From Diplonema japonicum (Eukaryota > Protista > Euglenozoa: Diplonemea): a stretch of DNA of 64,000 nt. The DNA lies in NCBI GenBank assembly GCA_964019335.1, contig OZ025660.1, positions 743,504 to 807,503 on the forward strand. The letters run 5' to 3'. Made by a program: the position numbers and the translations under genes. This document shows, in pieces, positions 34,334 to 44,252 of the stretch; position 1 is the stretch's first letter, and the number at the start of each line of letters is the position of its first letter. Under the pieces are notes generated by a model. It made no database searches, was not told the DNA's origin, and saw only the letters and a list, made by a program, of their open reading frames with translations.

Positions 34334-35129
34334 CTAGTTCTTCTTGGTGGCCTTCTTGGCGGCGGCGATGCGGGTCTTGCGGACCTTCTCCTTGGCGGCG
34401 TCCTTCTCCTTGGTGCGGATGGAGTACCTCACGCTCACGAGGCGGCTCTCGGGGAAGGGCTTGCTCAGGGCCTGTTGTGTGTGTGATTAATAATAATTAT
34501 TCTTATTCTTATTCTTATTCTTATTCTTATTCTTATTCTTATTCTTATTCTTATTCATTCTTATTCTTATTCTTATTCTTATTATTATTTATTTCTTAAA
34601 CACACACCTTGTGGTCCATGTTGGTAACAGCCTTCTTGGCGGAGGCGTTGTCCTTGAAGTAGACGAAGCCGTGGCCCGACTGGTAGGTGCGGACCTTGCT
34701 GATGGCGCCACAGGAAGCGAACTCCTTCTTCAGGTTGGCCTTGCCCTGCTTGTGGGACATGCGGGGAAGGTTGCCGACGAAGACGGAAGTGCAGTACTCG
34801 GACCTGTCCTGCGCGAGCTTCTTCTTCGAGGCCTCGATCGTCACCTTCTGGCCCTTCAGCATCTTCCCGTTCAGCTCCTTGGCCTTCGAGGCGCCCGCAG
34901 CGTCCTTGAAGTACACAATGCAGTACTTGCGGCGCCTCAGCACCACGTTCTTCACCTCACCGCACGGCTTGAACGCAGCCTTGATCGTGTCGTGGCTGAT
35001 CCCAGAGAAGTTCAGGTTCTTCACGTACACACCCTTGCTGTCACCGGCAACAGGGGCCTTAGCCTTGTTCTCCGCCTTCTTGGGCTCGGCCTTCTTCGCC
35101 GCGGGCTTAGCATTCTTCTTGGGGGCCAT
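34334..35129 (-). CDS. Double-RRM KSRP/NRBD-like protein, copy 3
   Basis: 796 nt including the intron; appears identical to copies 1 and 2. Shares ~90 nt of upstream flank with copy 2. Confidence 0.8.
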
Positions 35130-35504
35130 TTTTCTGTTTTTGCTGGTTGTCTCGAGGAGCGCGAGTTGGGCGCGTAGGTAAACCTCTGAAAACAATGGGC
35201 TGTGGTGGGTGGGGGTGGATGCAGAGTAGTAAGAAACAAAAAAAATAATGGTACAGCATTCAGTAACTATACAAATAGGAATGAAGTACAACCACAAGTG
35301 CAAAGGCCAGAACACTTCTTCGTTCGTTTGATCGACTTCTGTACGTTTCGGCCACTGTGTAACTAGTGATTGCAGTCACACATTCTTGATTCTCCCGGCA
35401 GACACCCTTATCTTAACTAGGTTGATCCATTGTAGAAAAAGAAGTAGAAAAGAAAGAAAACGCCTCAAGCCCGCAGATGGGTCCGTCCCGACTTACCTGT
35501 TCGG

Positions 35505-37250
35505 TCACTGCATCGAGTACTCAGAGAGGCTGTATTTTAGCCGTTCTTTCTGTTCTTGCTGGAGTTTCTTGATGAGTGCCAGGGACTGCTCTTGAGTAAG
35601 TTTCTGTTTCGGTCTGATGTTTTCCGGCGGCATGTTCTGCCAGTATTCCTCTGCCCTGCACACCCGCCACCCGTGAAGCGGATCGAAACGGTACTTCAAA
35701 ATAGCTACTTGAGTCAGTTTCAGTATCTTCCATTTTGCCTCGCTGTCGCCTGCCACCTGTGACTCCATCACTACGAGCCACTTGGCCATCGCTTTCGCCC
35801 CGCCATCATCAGCGAGCACTGTCTGCAGGGTGATATCCCGCACGTTCCTCTGCTTCAGGAAGGTTTCCCAGTGGTGCTCCACAGCAGCGATACCTTTAAG
35901 TACACCCTCTTCTGAATACGGGCGCTCGCTCAGGACTACGTCATCAGTGAACAGCGTGTCTAACTCCGCGAGGCGTCCCTGTGCCCATGTTTCCCCATAC
36001 TGTTTCGCAAGGGAACGTGCCTCCAGTTCATTAATGTTGTGTGTTATTCTGCTCGGGCGATGGGTGAGCAATCGCAGATTCGTCTCAGGAACGGCAGCGG
36101 CCGCAAATAAAAGAATCTCCTGTTCAACAGGATGTCCTGCCCTCTGCATCGCTAGCTCGGACATCATCCAAACAGACTTCAAGACAAGTTCGTTTGTATG
36201 TGCAGCAGCCTTCTCTAGGCATGCCCCCCATGTGGGGTTGCTGTGTACACGTCTCTTCAATGCCCTTAGCACAATTTGCTTGTTGTCCTGGATGCAGTTC
36301 ACAAGCAACTGGAAGTATCCCCCACGCGGATTGTCATGTACCAAGTACCCTGCAAAATACGTGCGTAGCCACGAAGCCGTCAGGTTAGCTAGCACCACAT
36401 AGTCGAGAGGCACCTTCTGCACAATGTGATACAGGCCCCATAGAGATGCAAAACCGTGCACAGAAAACTCCCTATTGTCACTTAAAGGGATAGCAGCAGC
36501 AGCCAACAGGATAAGGTTGTAATATGCCGGCAGGAGTGCGTTGTGAGGAGGGACGCGCACGGGGACCGTTTTAAATACCGGCGAGGTCGTGAGCATCGCA
36601 GCAATAGGGTGCTGCGAACCCATATTCAGTGTAGTGGGTGCCTTTGTAAAAGCCTCGTCTGATACCTCGGATGTCCAGTGCTTGAGTGTCTCAAGCAAGC
36701 TATTCGTTCCATTCATATTGTCCAGCAGCACGTGGTGGTTATCGAGGTCCCTCCATGACCTGCTGTGCAGATACGCCAGGCCAGTGGCGACTGCGGTGGG
36801 GAGTTCTCCTTCGATACCGATGCCCAGCTCATAGATTGGGTGATAGTCGGCACCCCCGATACCCCTGCTGACACGACCAATGTGCTTGCAACACACGTCT
36901 TTAAGACCTTCCGTCCTGCCTTTAGCTTGAACGGCTGTCGCTATTTCTTTGTCAAAATAAGCAAGAGCATCTTCATAATGTAGGAGCTCGTTGTTAACAA
37001 TACCCTCTAGGTCTTCCTGACTGATGAGGTGCTGTGGGCTTACCGCGGGCACTGCTTCAATCGTTGCATAGTAGGCGTCTAAGAAATGTCTAACCTGTGC
37101 CACGTCCTTCCCCACTCGCAAGCATGGTACCACTACGCAAGTCGCGTGGTTCGATAGGGAACCGCTGTGTTCGATATGGAAGGCCCGTTGCTCCCCAAGC
37201 AGCATCTCGGCAGTGTCTCTCACTGCATCAAGGGACACGCTTCGTTGCAT
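35505..37250 (-). CDS. Questin oxidase-like (DUF4243/AflY) domain fused to a SnoaL/NTF2-like domain
   Basis: LSNHA and GADYHPIYELGIGIE resemble the family NH and HPLIHLG motifs. The C-terminal LDTLFTDDVVLSERPY..KGIAAVEHHW is SnoaL-like. Intronless. Confidence 0.65.
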   Translation of the reverse strand: MQRSVSLDAVRDTAEMLLGEQRAFHIEHSGSLSNHATCVVVPCLRVGKDVAQVRHFLDAYYATIEAVPAVSPQHLISQEDLEGIVNNELLHYEDALAYFDKEIATAVQAKGRTEGLKDVCCKHIGRVSRGIGGADYHPIYELGIGIEGELPTAVATGLAYLHSRSWRDLDNHHVLLDNMNGTNSLLETLKHWTSEVSDEAFTKAPTTLNMGSQHPIAAMLTTSPVFKTVPVRVPPHNALLPAYYNLILLAAAAIPLSDNREFSVHGFASLWGLYHIVQKVPLDYVVLANLTASWLRTYFAGYLVHDNPRGGYFQLLVNCIQDNKQIVLRALKRRVHSNPTWGACLEKAAAHTNELVLKSVWMMSELAMQRAGHPVEQEILLFAAAAVPETNLRLLTHRPSRITHNINELEARSLAKQYGETWAQGRLAELDTLFTDDVVLSERPYSEEGVLKGIAAVEHHWETFLKQRNVRDITLQTVLADDGGAKAMAKWLVVMESQVAGDSEAKWKILKLTQVAILKYRFDPLHGWRVCRAEEYWQNMPPENIRPKQKLTQEQSLALIKKLQQEQKERLKYSLSEYSMQ

Positions 37251-37582
37251 CGCGCTCTGCGGGTGCACCTCAAGGTTTGCAAATCAAAAAAATGAAAAAC
37301 TTAAACTAAAGTGAACCAGAACACAGAAAGAATAGGGATACCTGTTGGCAATCATGTAACTCCTGTAGTCAGGGCTACAGATACCAAGCAGGCGCAAAAT
37401 AGAACAATTGGAGAGCCGTTTCGCCCAGAACAAAAAGGGACGAATGACAGCCATCTTGAGTGGCGCTAACTAAAGGTTGTACCGCAGGCTGCTTCTCAGC
37501 AGCGTCACTGGAGCAAGTTGGCTGGAAAGAAGGACCACTGCGATGGAAGTGTAACTGAGTCCGCTATTGGAGCAGCTTCTAT

Positions 37583-38656
37583 CTACTGCCCAGTAGACCG
37601 TTTCAACATCTTTTCTCGGAAGAGGGCCTGGAACTTCGTAAGCGGCGACCCCATAGGAGACGATGGGGAGGAAAGTGTGATGGGACTCTCGACTTCTTCC
37701 TCAAGATCCAGTTCTGAAGAAATGCTGCTACTCGAGTCTAATAACATTATTGACTGAGGCGAGATCATGCCTACCTCTACAGGGATAACTTCTTCGATGC
37801 TTATATCGTACATCTGCGGCAAGTTTGAGGTAGAGAGCGATTCGCGCCTGACGGCCTGCTCTTCACGCGTCAAGCACGTCCTCCTTTTAAGCTCCTCGTT
37901 CATAAGGTGCTTTAGCGGGCTCTCCACATCGTCACCCCATGACAACAAAGGTGTCGTCCATGCAGGCGGTGACAGGGAGCGGTACCCTGATCGGTACTTC
38001 TTTGCCAGCTCTGAGAGCCTCCTGAAAAAATTCTGCGAGTTCTTCGACGTCACGATACCCCGCAGGGACTTGGGCAGACAGCCGGGGAAGTTTGCATTGC
38101 GCACCACGCAAGTGACTCTGCAGATGCCATCGAATTCGTTCTCCACAGTGACGTAAATAGCATACGAGGACTGTCCTCTCACCACCTTGGAGATGGGGGG
38201 GTGCACGGGGTGTTCCACGGGCTGGTACAAAAGCATGAACCCACCGTTGTCGAACTCAAACCAAGCGCGCTGCATACAGTAGTCTCGTGAAGACGCCGGC
38301 TTGCAGTAGAATATATCATTGTTGTGAGAGAGGGTCTGCACAGGGAACATTTCCACCTTTGTTTTTGACTTCTTCAAATACTCCCAGTCAGACAGGGTGT
38401 CGTACACAGCCCGTGCTGGGTGTTTCATAATTTCAGTTATCATTATGGATTTTTCCTTGCCCTCGAGAGCCCACACTCCGTCGCTTTCCAACACCCATTC
38501 CTCATCCTTGATCGTATCTCGTATCCTCTTAGCATCGGGCAGTCCCAGCAGCCTGTGCTCGCCGGTCCACGCCGTCCAGTCCACACCGTCGAACACCATC
38601 TCTATGTCGTACATGCCCAGTACTCGCCGCTTCATTTGCTTGCCTTCAATAATCAT
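37583..38656 (-). CDS. START-domain (lipid-binding) protein
   Basis: NNDIFY..RDYCMQRAW..PVEHPVHPPISKVVRG..CRVTCV..PGCLP follows the START-domain pattern. Confidence 0.8.
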   Translation of the reverse strand: MIIEGKQMKRRVLGMYDIEMVFDGVDWTAWTGEHRLLGLPDAKRIRDTIKDEEWVLESDGVWALEGKEKSIMITEIMKHPARAVYDTLSDWEYLKKSKTKVEMFPVQTLSHNNDIFYCKPASSRDYCMQRAWFEFDNGGFMLLYQPVEHPVHPPISKVVRGQSSYAIYVTVENEFDGICRVTCVVRNANFPGCLPKSLRGIVTSKNSQNFFRRLSELAKKYRSGYRSLSPPAWTTPLLSWGDDVESPLKHLMNEELKRRTCLTREEQAVRRESLSTSNLPQMYDISIEEVIPVEVGMISPQSIMLLDSSSSISSELDLEEEVESPITLSSPSSPMGSPLTKFQALFREKMLKRSTGQ

Positions 38657-38713
38657 CTTGGCCTGTGATGCTGCCTAGCTGTCAAGGGAAGAAATCAGAG
38701 TGAAAGCCAGGAT

Positions 38714-39970
38714 CTAAGATCTAAAAGGTGTACTACCAGAATAGATACACGGCTTCGAATCAGGCTGAACTCCATACACCAAAAGAGGTGGCACAGTCCC
38801 CTTAAGGGGAGCACCATCCAACAGCATTTTAGAAACTATTGTTTGAACCTCCTTGACAGAGTGGAACTGCAATTGAAGTGTGTGGCATCTATTCATTTTC
38901 CACGATGGGTCCAGACGGTAAGAGCGGATAAGGATGGGGTACCCTGCCTGACTTGTGACATGCTCCTGAATATGCTGTATGTGTTCTGCCCCAATGTGCA
39001 CGTTGCAGGCAGGGATGCTAGCTCTGAGCACTTTGGATTTTCGGCATTTCACGGGGTCTGAAGGGGTGACCTTATATCGGGGGGATTCAGCTGGGAAAAA
39101 GGTCTCCATAGCGCAGTCCCGGATGCATTCAAAGACAATGTTGTGGTAGCCTGCACCGTTGTAGTGCTGTGACCGTATCTGTCGCACGAGGAACACAGGG
39201 TGGAGTTCTTTGAAGTGGCAAAGCACCGCCTTGCTTGGTACGTCGCAGGGTACTTTGTAAACTGTGTAGACACACTTTGGGAGGTTTGCGGTCTCTACGT
39301 GGTGGAACAAGTCGGTAGGAGCTGGGAGGCAGATGTCTGGTGGTTCATCCATTATGTTTTCAACCATCTCGTCCAAGTGGATTTCCTGGTGGATCTCTTG
39401 ACGCGTGTAAGCAAAGATACGGAGCTTGAGGCCCTCGTTCATGGCCTCCAATTGTGTGATGGCAATAGGCTTGTATCGATCAAAGGTTGCCTCGTATCCT
39501 GCAAGGGCTGCTTCGGCGTTGTACAGTACCCGTTTCACGTCGTCTGTGTCAGTGAAATCACGTGTGTAGATGCCAACCAGAAACTCCTCACCGACCTCAC
39601 CCCACCCGGTGTTGAAGTTGTTGTTCTTGTCCACCTTTGTCATTTCAAACGCCGGTCCCAGCCGCCCCTTTCTCACCTCGATAGATAGAACTTCGAACCA
39701 TTCCCGCACTCTCGAGCTCCTGCATCTCCCTATCCACTTTCCCTCCACTAAATTCTTCGCTGCAAGTCTGGCTAAAATTCTCTCGTCACCCTCATGCGCA
39801 ATATTTTCGACCTCTTGTGCAAAGTTGACATCTATTTTCTTCGGTTTCCACTCGCACCCGTCTTTACTCACCCCGTACCAAAAGGAGTCCATTCCACAGG
39901 ACATCAACTGCGTTCTCTCCATGAATTCATCGATCGTCTCATCCTTCGCGATCCATATTGTGTTTCGCAT
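38714..39970 (-). CDS. Hypothetical protein (418 aa)
   Basis: Long intronless ATG ORF on the cluster strand. No motif recognised. Confidence 0.7.
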   Translation of the reverse strand: MRNTIWIAKDETIDEFMERTQLMSCGMDSFWYGVSKDGCEWKPKKIDVNFAQEVENIAHEGDERILARLAAKNLVEGKWIGRCRSSRVREWFEVLSIEVRKGRLGPAFEMTKVDKNNNFNTGWGEVGEEFLVGIYTRDFTDTDDVKRVLYNAEAALAGYEATFDRYKPIAITQLEAMNEGLKLRIFAYTRQEIHQEIHLDEMVENIMDEPPDICLPAPTDLFHHVETANLPKCVYTVYKVPCDVPSKAVLCHFKELHPVFLVRQIRSQHYNGAGYHNIVFECIRDCAMETFFPAESPRYKVTPSDPVKCRKSKVLRASIPACNVHIGAEHIQHIQEHVTSQAGYPILIRSYRLDPSWKMNRCHTLQLQFHSVKEVQTIVSKMLLDGAPLKGTVPPLLVYGVQPDSKPCIYSGSTPFRS

Positions 39971-40050
39971 GCTAGGTCTGTGTAGGTCCTGTGCAATGCA
40001 GACCGATGCACGACGCTAATACAAGTACATGTGGTCAATACTGCATGTCT

Positions 40051-43000
40051 CTAAGAATCGCTGTCGTCATCGTCTTCCTGTGGTGGTGTGGTTTGGTGTG
40101 GAGCAAGCATACAACTGTTGATCGGCGCCTCTTTTTCTGCACTCGTGGCGTTGGCTCGCTACTACTGGACCCACTCTCACTTGACGGCACTCTACCACGT
40201 TTCCCCTTTGCCCTGGGCTTCTTTCCTTTAGGTTTTGGCTTGGGTTTGGGTTTGGGCTTTGGTTCGGGTGATGCACTTGATTCGTCTGAATCAGAACTGT
40301 AGGAAGGACTACGTGCTTGCCTCTTGGCGGCAGGTTTGCGAGCAGCCTTCTTGCGAGGGGGTGGTGCACCACCGTCGCTGTTGCTTTCACTGCTCACAGT
40401 GCTTGTACTATCGCTGTCACTATCACTATCACTGGTAACTTTTCTGCCCCTACCTCTGCCCCGAGCCACCTTTCTTTTCTTAGGAGAGGGTTTTGTAGAA
40501 TCCGAACTGGAGCTGTCACTCTCTGCAGAGCCTGGTGATTCCTCAGCCTTGTTCTTCTTGCCCACCACCTTCTGCTTTGTGAGATGTTGTCTAGCCTTTG
40601 CTTCGATGAGATCACCACCACTATGTTTGCTATAGGCTTCATCCAACTTCTGCTCCCAGTTGTCGATCATTTTCTTCACCTCTGGCCTCTCCTTGCTACC
40701 TGGGATGGACTTTCGCACCCTTGCGACAATCTCCTTCAGGAACTCGACAACCTAAAAAGTGTCGTTGAAAAGACAGCATCATACCACGCGGTCACGCAAG
40801 TACGGTAAATAACACCTGAAGCATGCTTCACTGACAAGCTTCTTTACTGCCCTCTCACTTGTCTGTTTAATCTCCAACATCGATAAACATTCCGCCTACG
40901 TGTGTATGTGTGAACATGTAAATACAGTAGACATACAATGTGTCGTGCGTGGCGCGAATTCGCGTCAGGATCCAAGACATCTTCCGTGTTTTGCGTGAAT
41001 TTCAAACAGAGTCTGCCAACTAGGTCTTCAGTCTGTTTTTCCTTGTCGATGTACTCCAACATCATTCTAAGAACGATGCGGAGGCTCTCGGGAGGGAGTC
41101 GTTGGTCCCTCGATAAAGCCGACAGGGTATCGGGAAGTGCTTGGTAGATGCGGTCCCTGCTGCTGTACTCCTTCAGGAAGACCATAGCACGTCCTTTGAT
41201 TAGTTCAGAAGGGTCAACGAGACCGGCAAGCAGGACGTGTACAAACTGCCTTGCCTTGAGCATGTCGTTTAAGATAAGGTGCGAAGCAACGAGAAAGGCT
41301 GTGGATCGCACGTGTTGGTCGACATCACTCAATGTTTCGAAAAAGGCAACAGTCCAAGGTTCCATCGTGTTTGGCCAGCGCGTCATGAGGTCACCTATGG
41401 CAACCACAATGTTCACACGTATGTTCTGCTCCTTCGCTGCTTTCAGGATTGAGAATAGGTACTGCACGTATGCCTTGGCGAACTCTTCTGTCACACACAT
41501 GTACATTGACAAGCACAGCGCAGCGCAGCTTTTGAGCCACACATCAGCATAAACAGCGTCACCCTTCAGGCAGACATTGACGACTAGACCCTTGTGCCTG
41601 CCCCACACAGCCCGTGTGGATAGGATCTCTTTTTCGTCGTTTCTGAACTTTTCCTCCAATTCATTTTCCCTCGCGCCCTTGGATTCCATCCCGAGCTCTT
41701 CTTCTATAGCTTCTTTTTCTCCATCTTTTGCCTTCTTCACTTCGTGAATAGCGTTCAAGGATGCCTTGTATTTCTTCTCTATGCACACCAGTTGCAACAA
41801 TGAGGTCTCGCCAAGTATGAAAAGCATGCGCGAAAGTACATGTTGAGTTTCCTTTAGGGACTTCAATTTCTCCATTTCCGATGTGTCGCTACACTCGTAA
41901 GTAGCCAAGCATTTCAAGTACCGTGCGTGCAGCTTCTCGACTAATTTTTCAATGACCTGTTTTGCACCGTTGGTTGTGGCGTACAGTGCTGAAAGAGCAC
42001 TTCTTGCCATAGGCACCCAAGTGACAATCGAGGAACATCTACCCAACAATAAAGAGCAAATGCCTGCAAGAACTGAATGCGACGGTGCGAGGGGAGTGAA
42101 ACTTGGCGATAGTGCGGCGGAGGTAAGCGCTTTGCAAACATGTGTTGCAAACTGTGGGTCACCCTTAGACAGACCCCATTCTGTTAGTTCTGGTACCTTC
42201 TGACACGCTATGTCAGGACATGTTACAGAGAGCATCGAAAACAACTGCATTCCACACGTTGCCTCCATTAGCGAGCTCTCACTATTCTCGGCGATGTTCC
42301 AACTTGCATCGATCACCTGTTCGCAGAACTCGTGGCCTGCGGTGTTGAGGATTTCCGTTAGTGCCGACAGTTCGCCTTCAGCAGCCCTTGATATGATGCG
42401 CAGGAGTTGGTTAGTAATGCGGCTTGACACCTCTGCATCTGTTTCCGCTCCTGCAACGACACCAGGCCCTGACACCATATCCAGAAAAGATTCCACTACA
42501 CACGCCTTAACAGCTGCTTCCCTGCTATAAACCTGCACGCAAATCTTCAAGACAGAGTCCACGGCCGCCTCAACTTTGAAGCGCACCCATGTTGTCAGCA
42601 GCTTGATGGCCTCACTGACATCAGCAACGGACTTTGACGACAGGACACGGAGAACAGACGGCACTGCATCGTGTAGAGTCCGGATATAGGTCACAGCTGA
42701 GCGGTAGTACTTCAAGCGCACCACAGCTTCCGACAGTTCGCTCTCAGGTTGCATAAGCTCCAGCTCAATGTCAGTAGTGCTGCAGTTTCTCTCTTTTTCC
42801 AATTCACCCAGCTTTTCGTTGTAGTAATTCTGGAAGGGAGCGAGTTTCAAAATGTCGCCGAAAGGGTTATTTACCACCATCACTGACAGGCATGCGGTGG
42901 CTGCATGTCGCACAAAAGAGTTCTTATCCTGAAGTCTGCCAACAGCATTTGTGAGTAACTGCACCTGTGCCCCGACTGGCAGCTTACCTTCTGCACACAA

Positions 43001-44134
43001 TGCCTTTACGTTGTTGAGGACACTGACCCGCACCCAAGGATTGATGTCAAGGATGCGCTCGGACAGGAGGTCGAGGAGCTCACTCTTCTTCGTAATGTCA
43101 ACGTCTGCTGTACCTATCACGGTCGCGAATCCAGTGAGGGCGGCTTTTCGGATGGCAGGGGCATCGCTCTGCAGAGTGCCGTGCAACACGGTCAGATTTC
43201 TAATGATGGCACTGGGCACGATCTCTGCCAAGTCCGAAAGGAAGATGCCAATGTTCTTCGATGACGACGACTCACCCTTCTCCTTCTGCGACTGTTCCAC
43301 AGAGCCTGTGATCAGTTGATCCACCAGCAGTGTGCCCCACGCCTCCTTTGCTGCAGTCTTTGCTAGCTGTGCCGCGTACTTTGGCATGTGCTCATGTCGC
43401 ACGACCTGCTCAACAACGGTTTCCATGACAGGGTTCACAGCACCTTCTTTGCTGTAGTACTTCGCAAGAACTAGGACCAGCTCGAAAACGCCTTCCTTTA
43501 CTGTCGCTGCCGAGCGGCCTGCGCTCTTCAAGTTGTTCGGGTTCTCAAGGAGCAAGGACGCAAGGCCCAGCAGCAGGCTCATGTACACTTCATCTTGCTT
43601 TTCCGCGTCACCGGAAAGCGTCTGCACAAGGGCTTTGAGGACTTTATCTTTTGGGATCTCTGCTTTTTTGTCCTTGTCGGCTTTTTTGCTTTTCACTAAG
43701 GATTCTTTTTCTCGGGTGTGCTCTACGTGCGTCACGGCTTTGCAGAGAACCCATCCGAAGATTTTCACAGCATTATATGTTGCTGCGCACTCTGCTTTGT
43801 GGTCAGGGGTGTCTTTGTCCATAGCCTTCAGCTGGTCAAGCAGAGCGTTGACCTTCGACAGCCAGTTTGTGACCGTCTCCACCAAGAAAACAACACCCTC
43901 AGCGTTAAACAAAGAGATCTGCTTCACGAACGAGTACAAATTGTCGAAGTGATTTGCCGCATTCTGTACCCCTTCCTCGTACAGCCTGCTGCTGACAGCT
44001 TTTAGCTCGTCTCGCAATTGCCTCTGATCCATCAAGTCCATAGAAATAAGGTTTGCAACCAACGACCCTTCTGGCATCTTCTCTTCGGATTCAAAGTCTT
44101 CCGTCCTACTCGGGATATAGAAAACTCTCTCCAT
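40051..44134 (-). CDS. NCAPD2: Condensin complex subunit 1 (CAP-D2/Cnd1)
   Basis: HEAT repeats with ERILDINPWVR, RLQDKNSFVR, NNPF, IRVNIVVAIGDL and SHLILNDMLK. Introns at 40896-40936, 40752-40784 and 40078-40112. Basic/Ser-rich tail. Confidence 0.9.
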
Positions 44135-44252
44135 TTTTGTCCCAGGACTCTGTGATGTGGGGTGGCAATGCGGTACAGCACTCACATAAATAAATAACAT
44201 CTAAATACATTTTTTTTTGTTTAGTCTAAAGAGTGATCCGGTCCACCACTTG

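Noticed and set aside
35270-35430. Short ORF-like stretch with a hydrophobic end upstream of RRM copy 3
   Set aside because: It has an early TAA stop and no consistent splice model.
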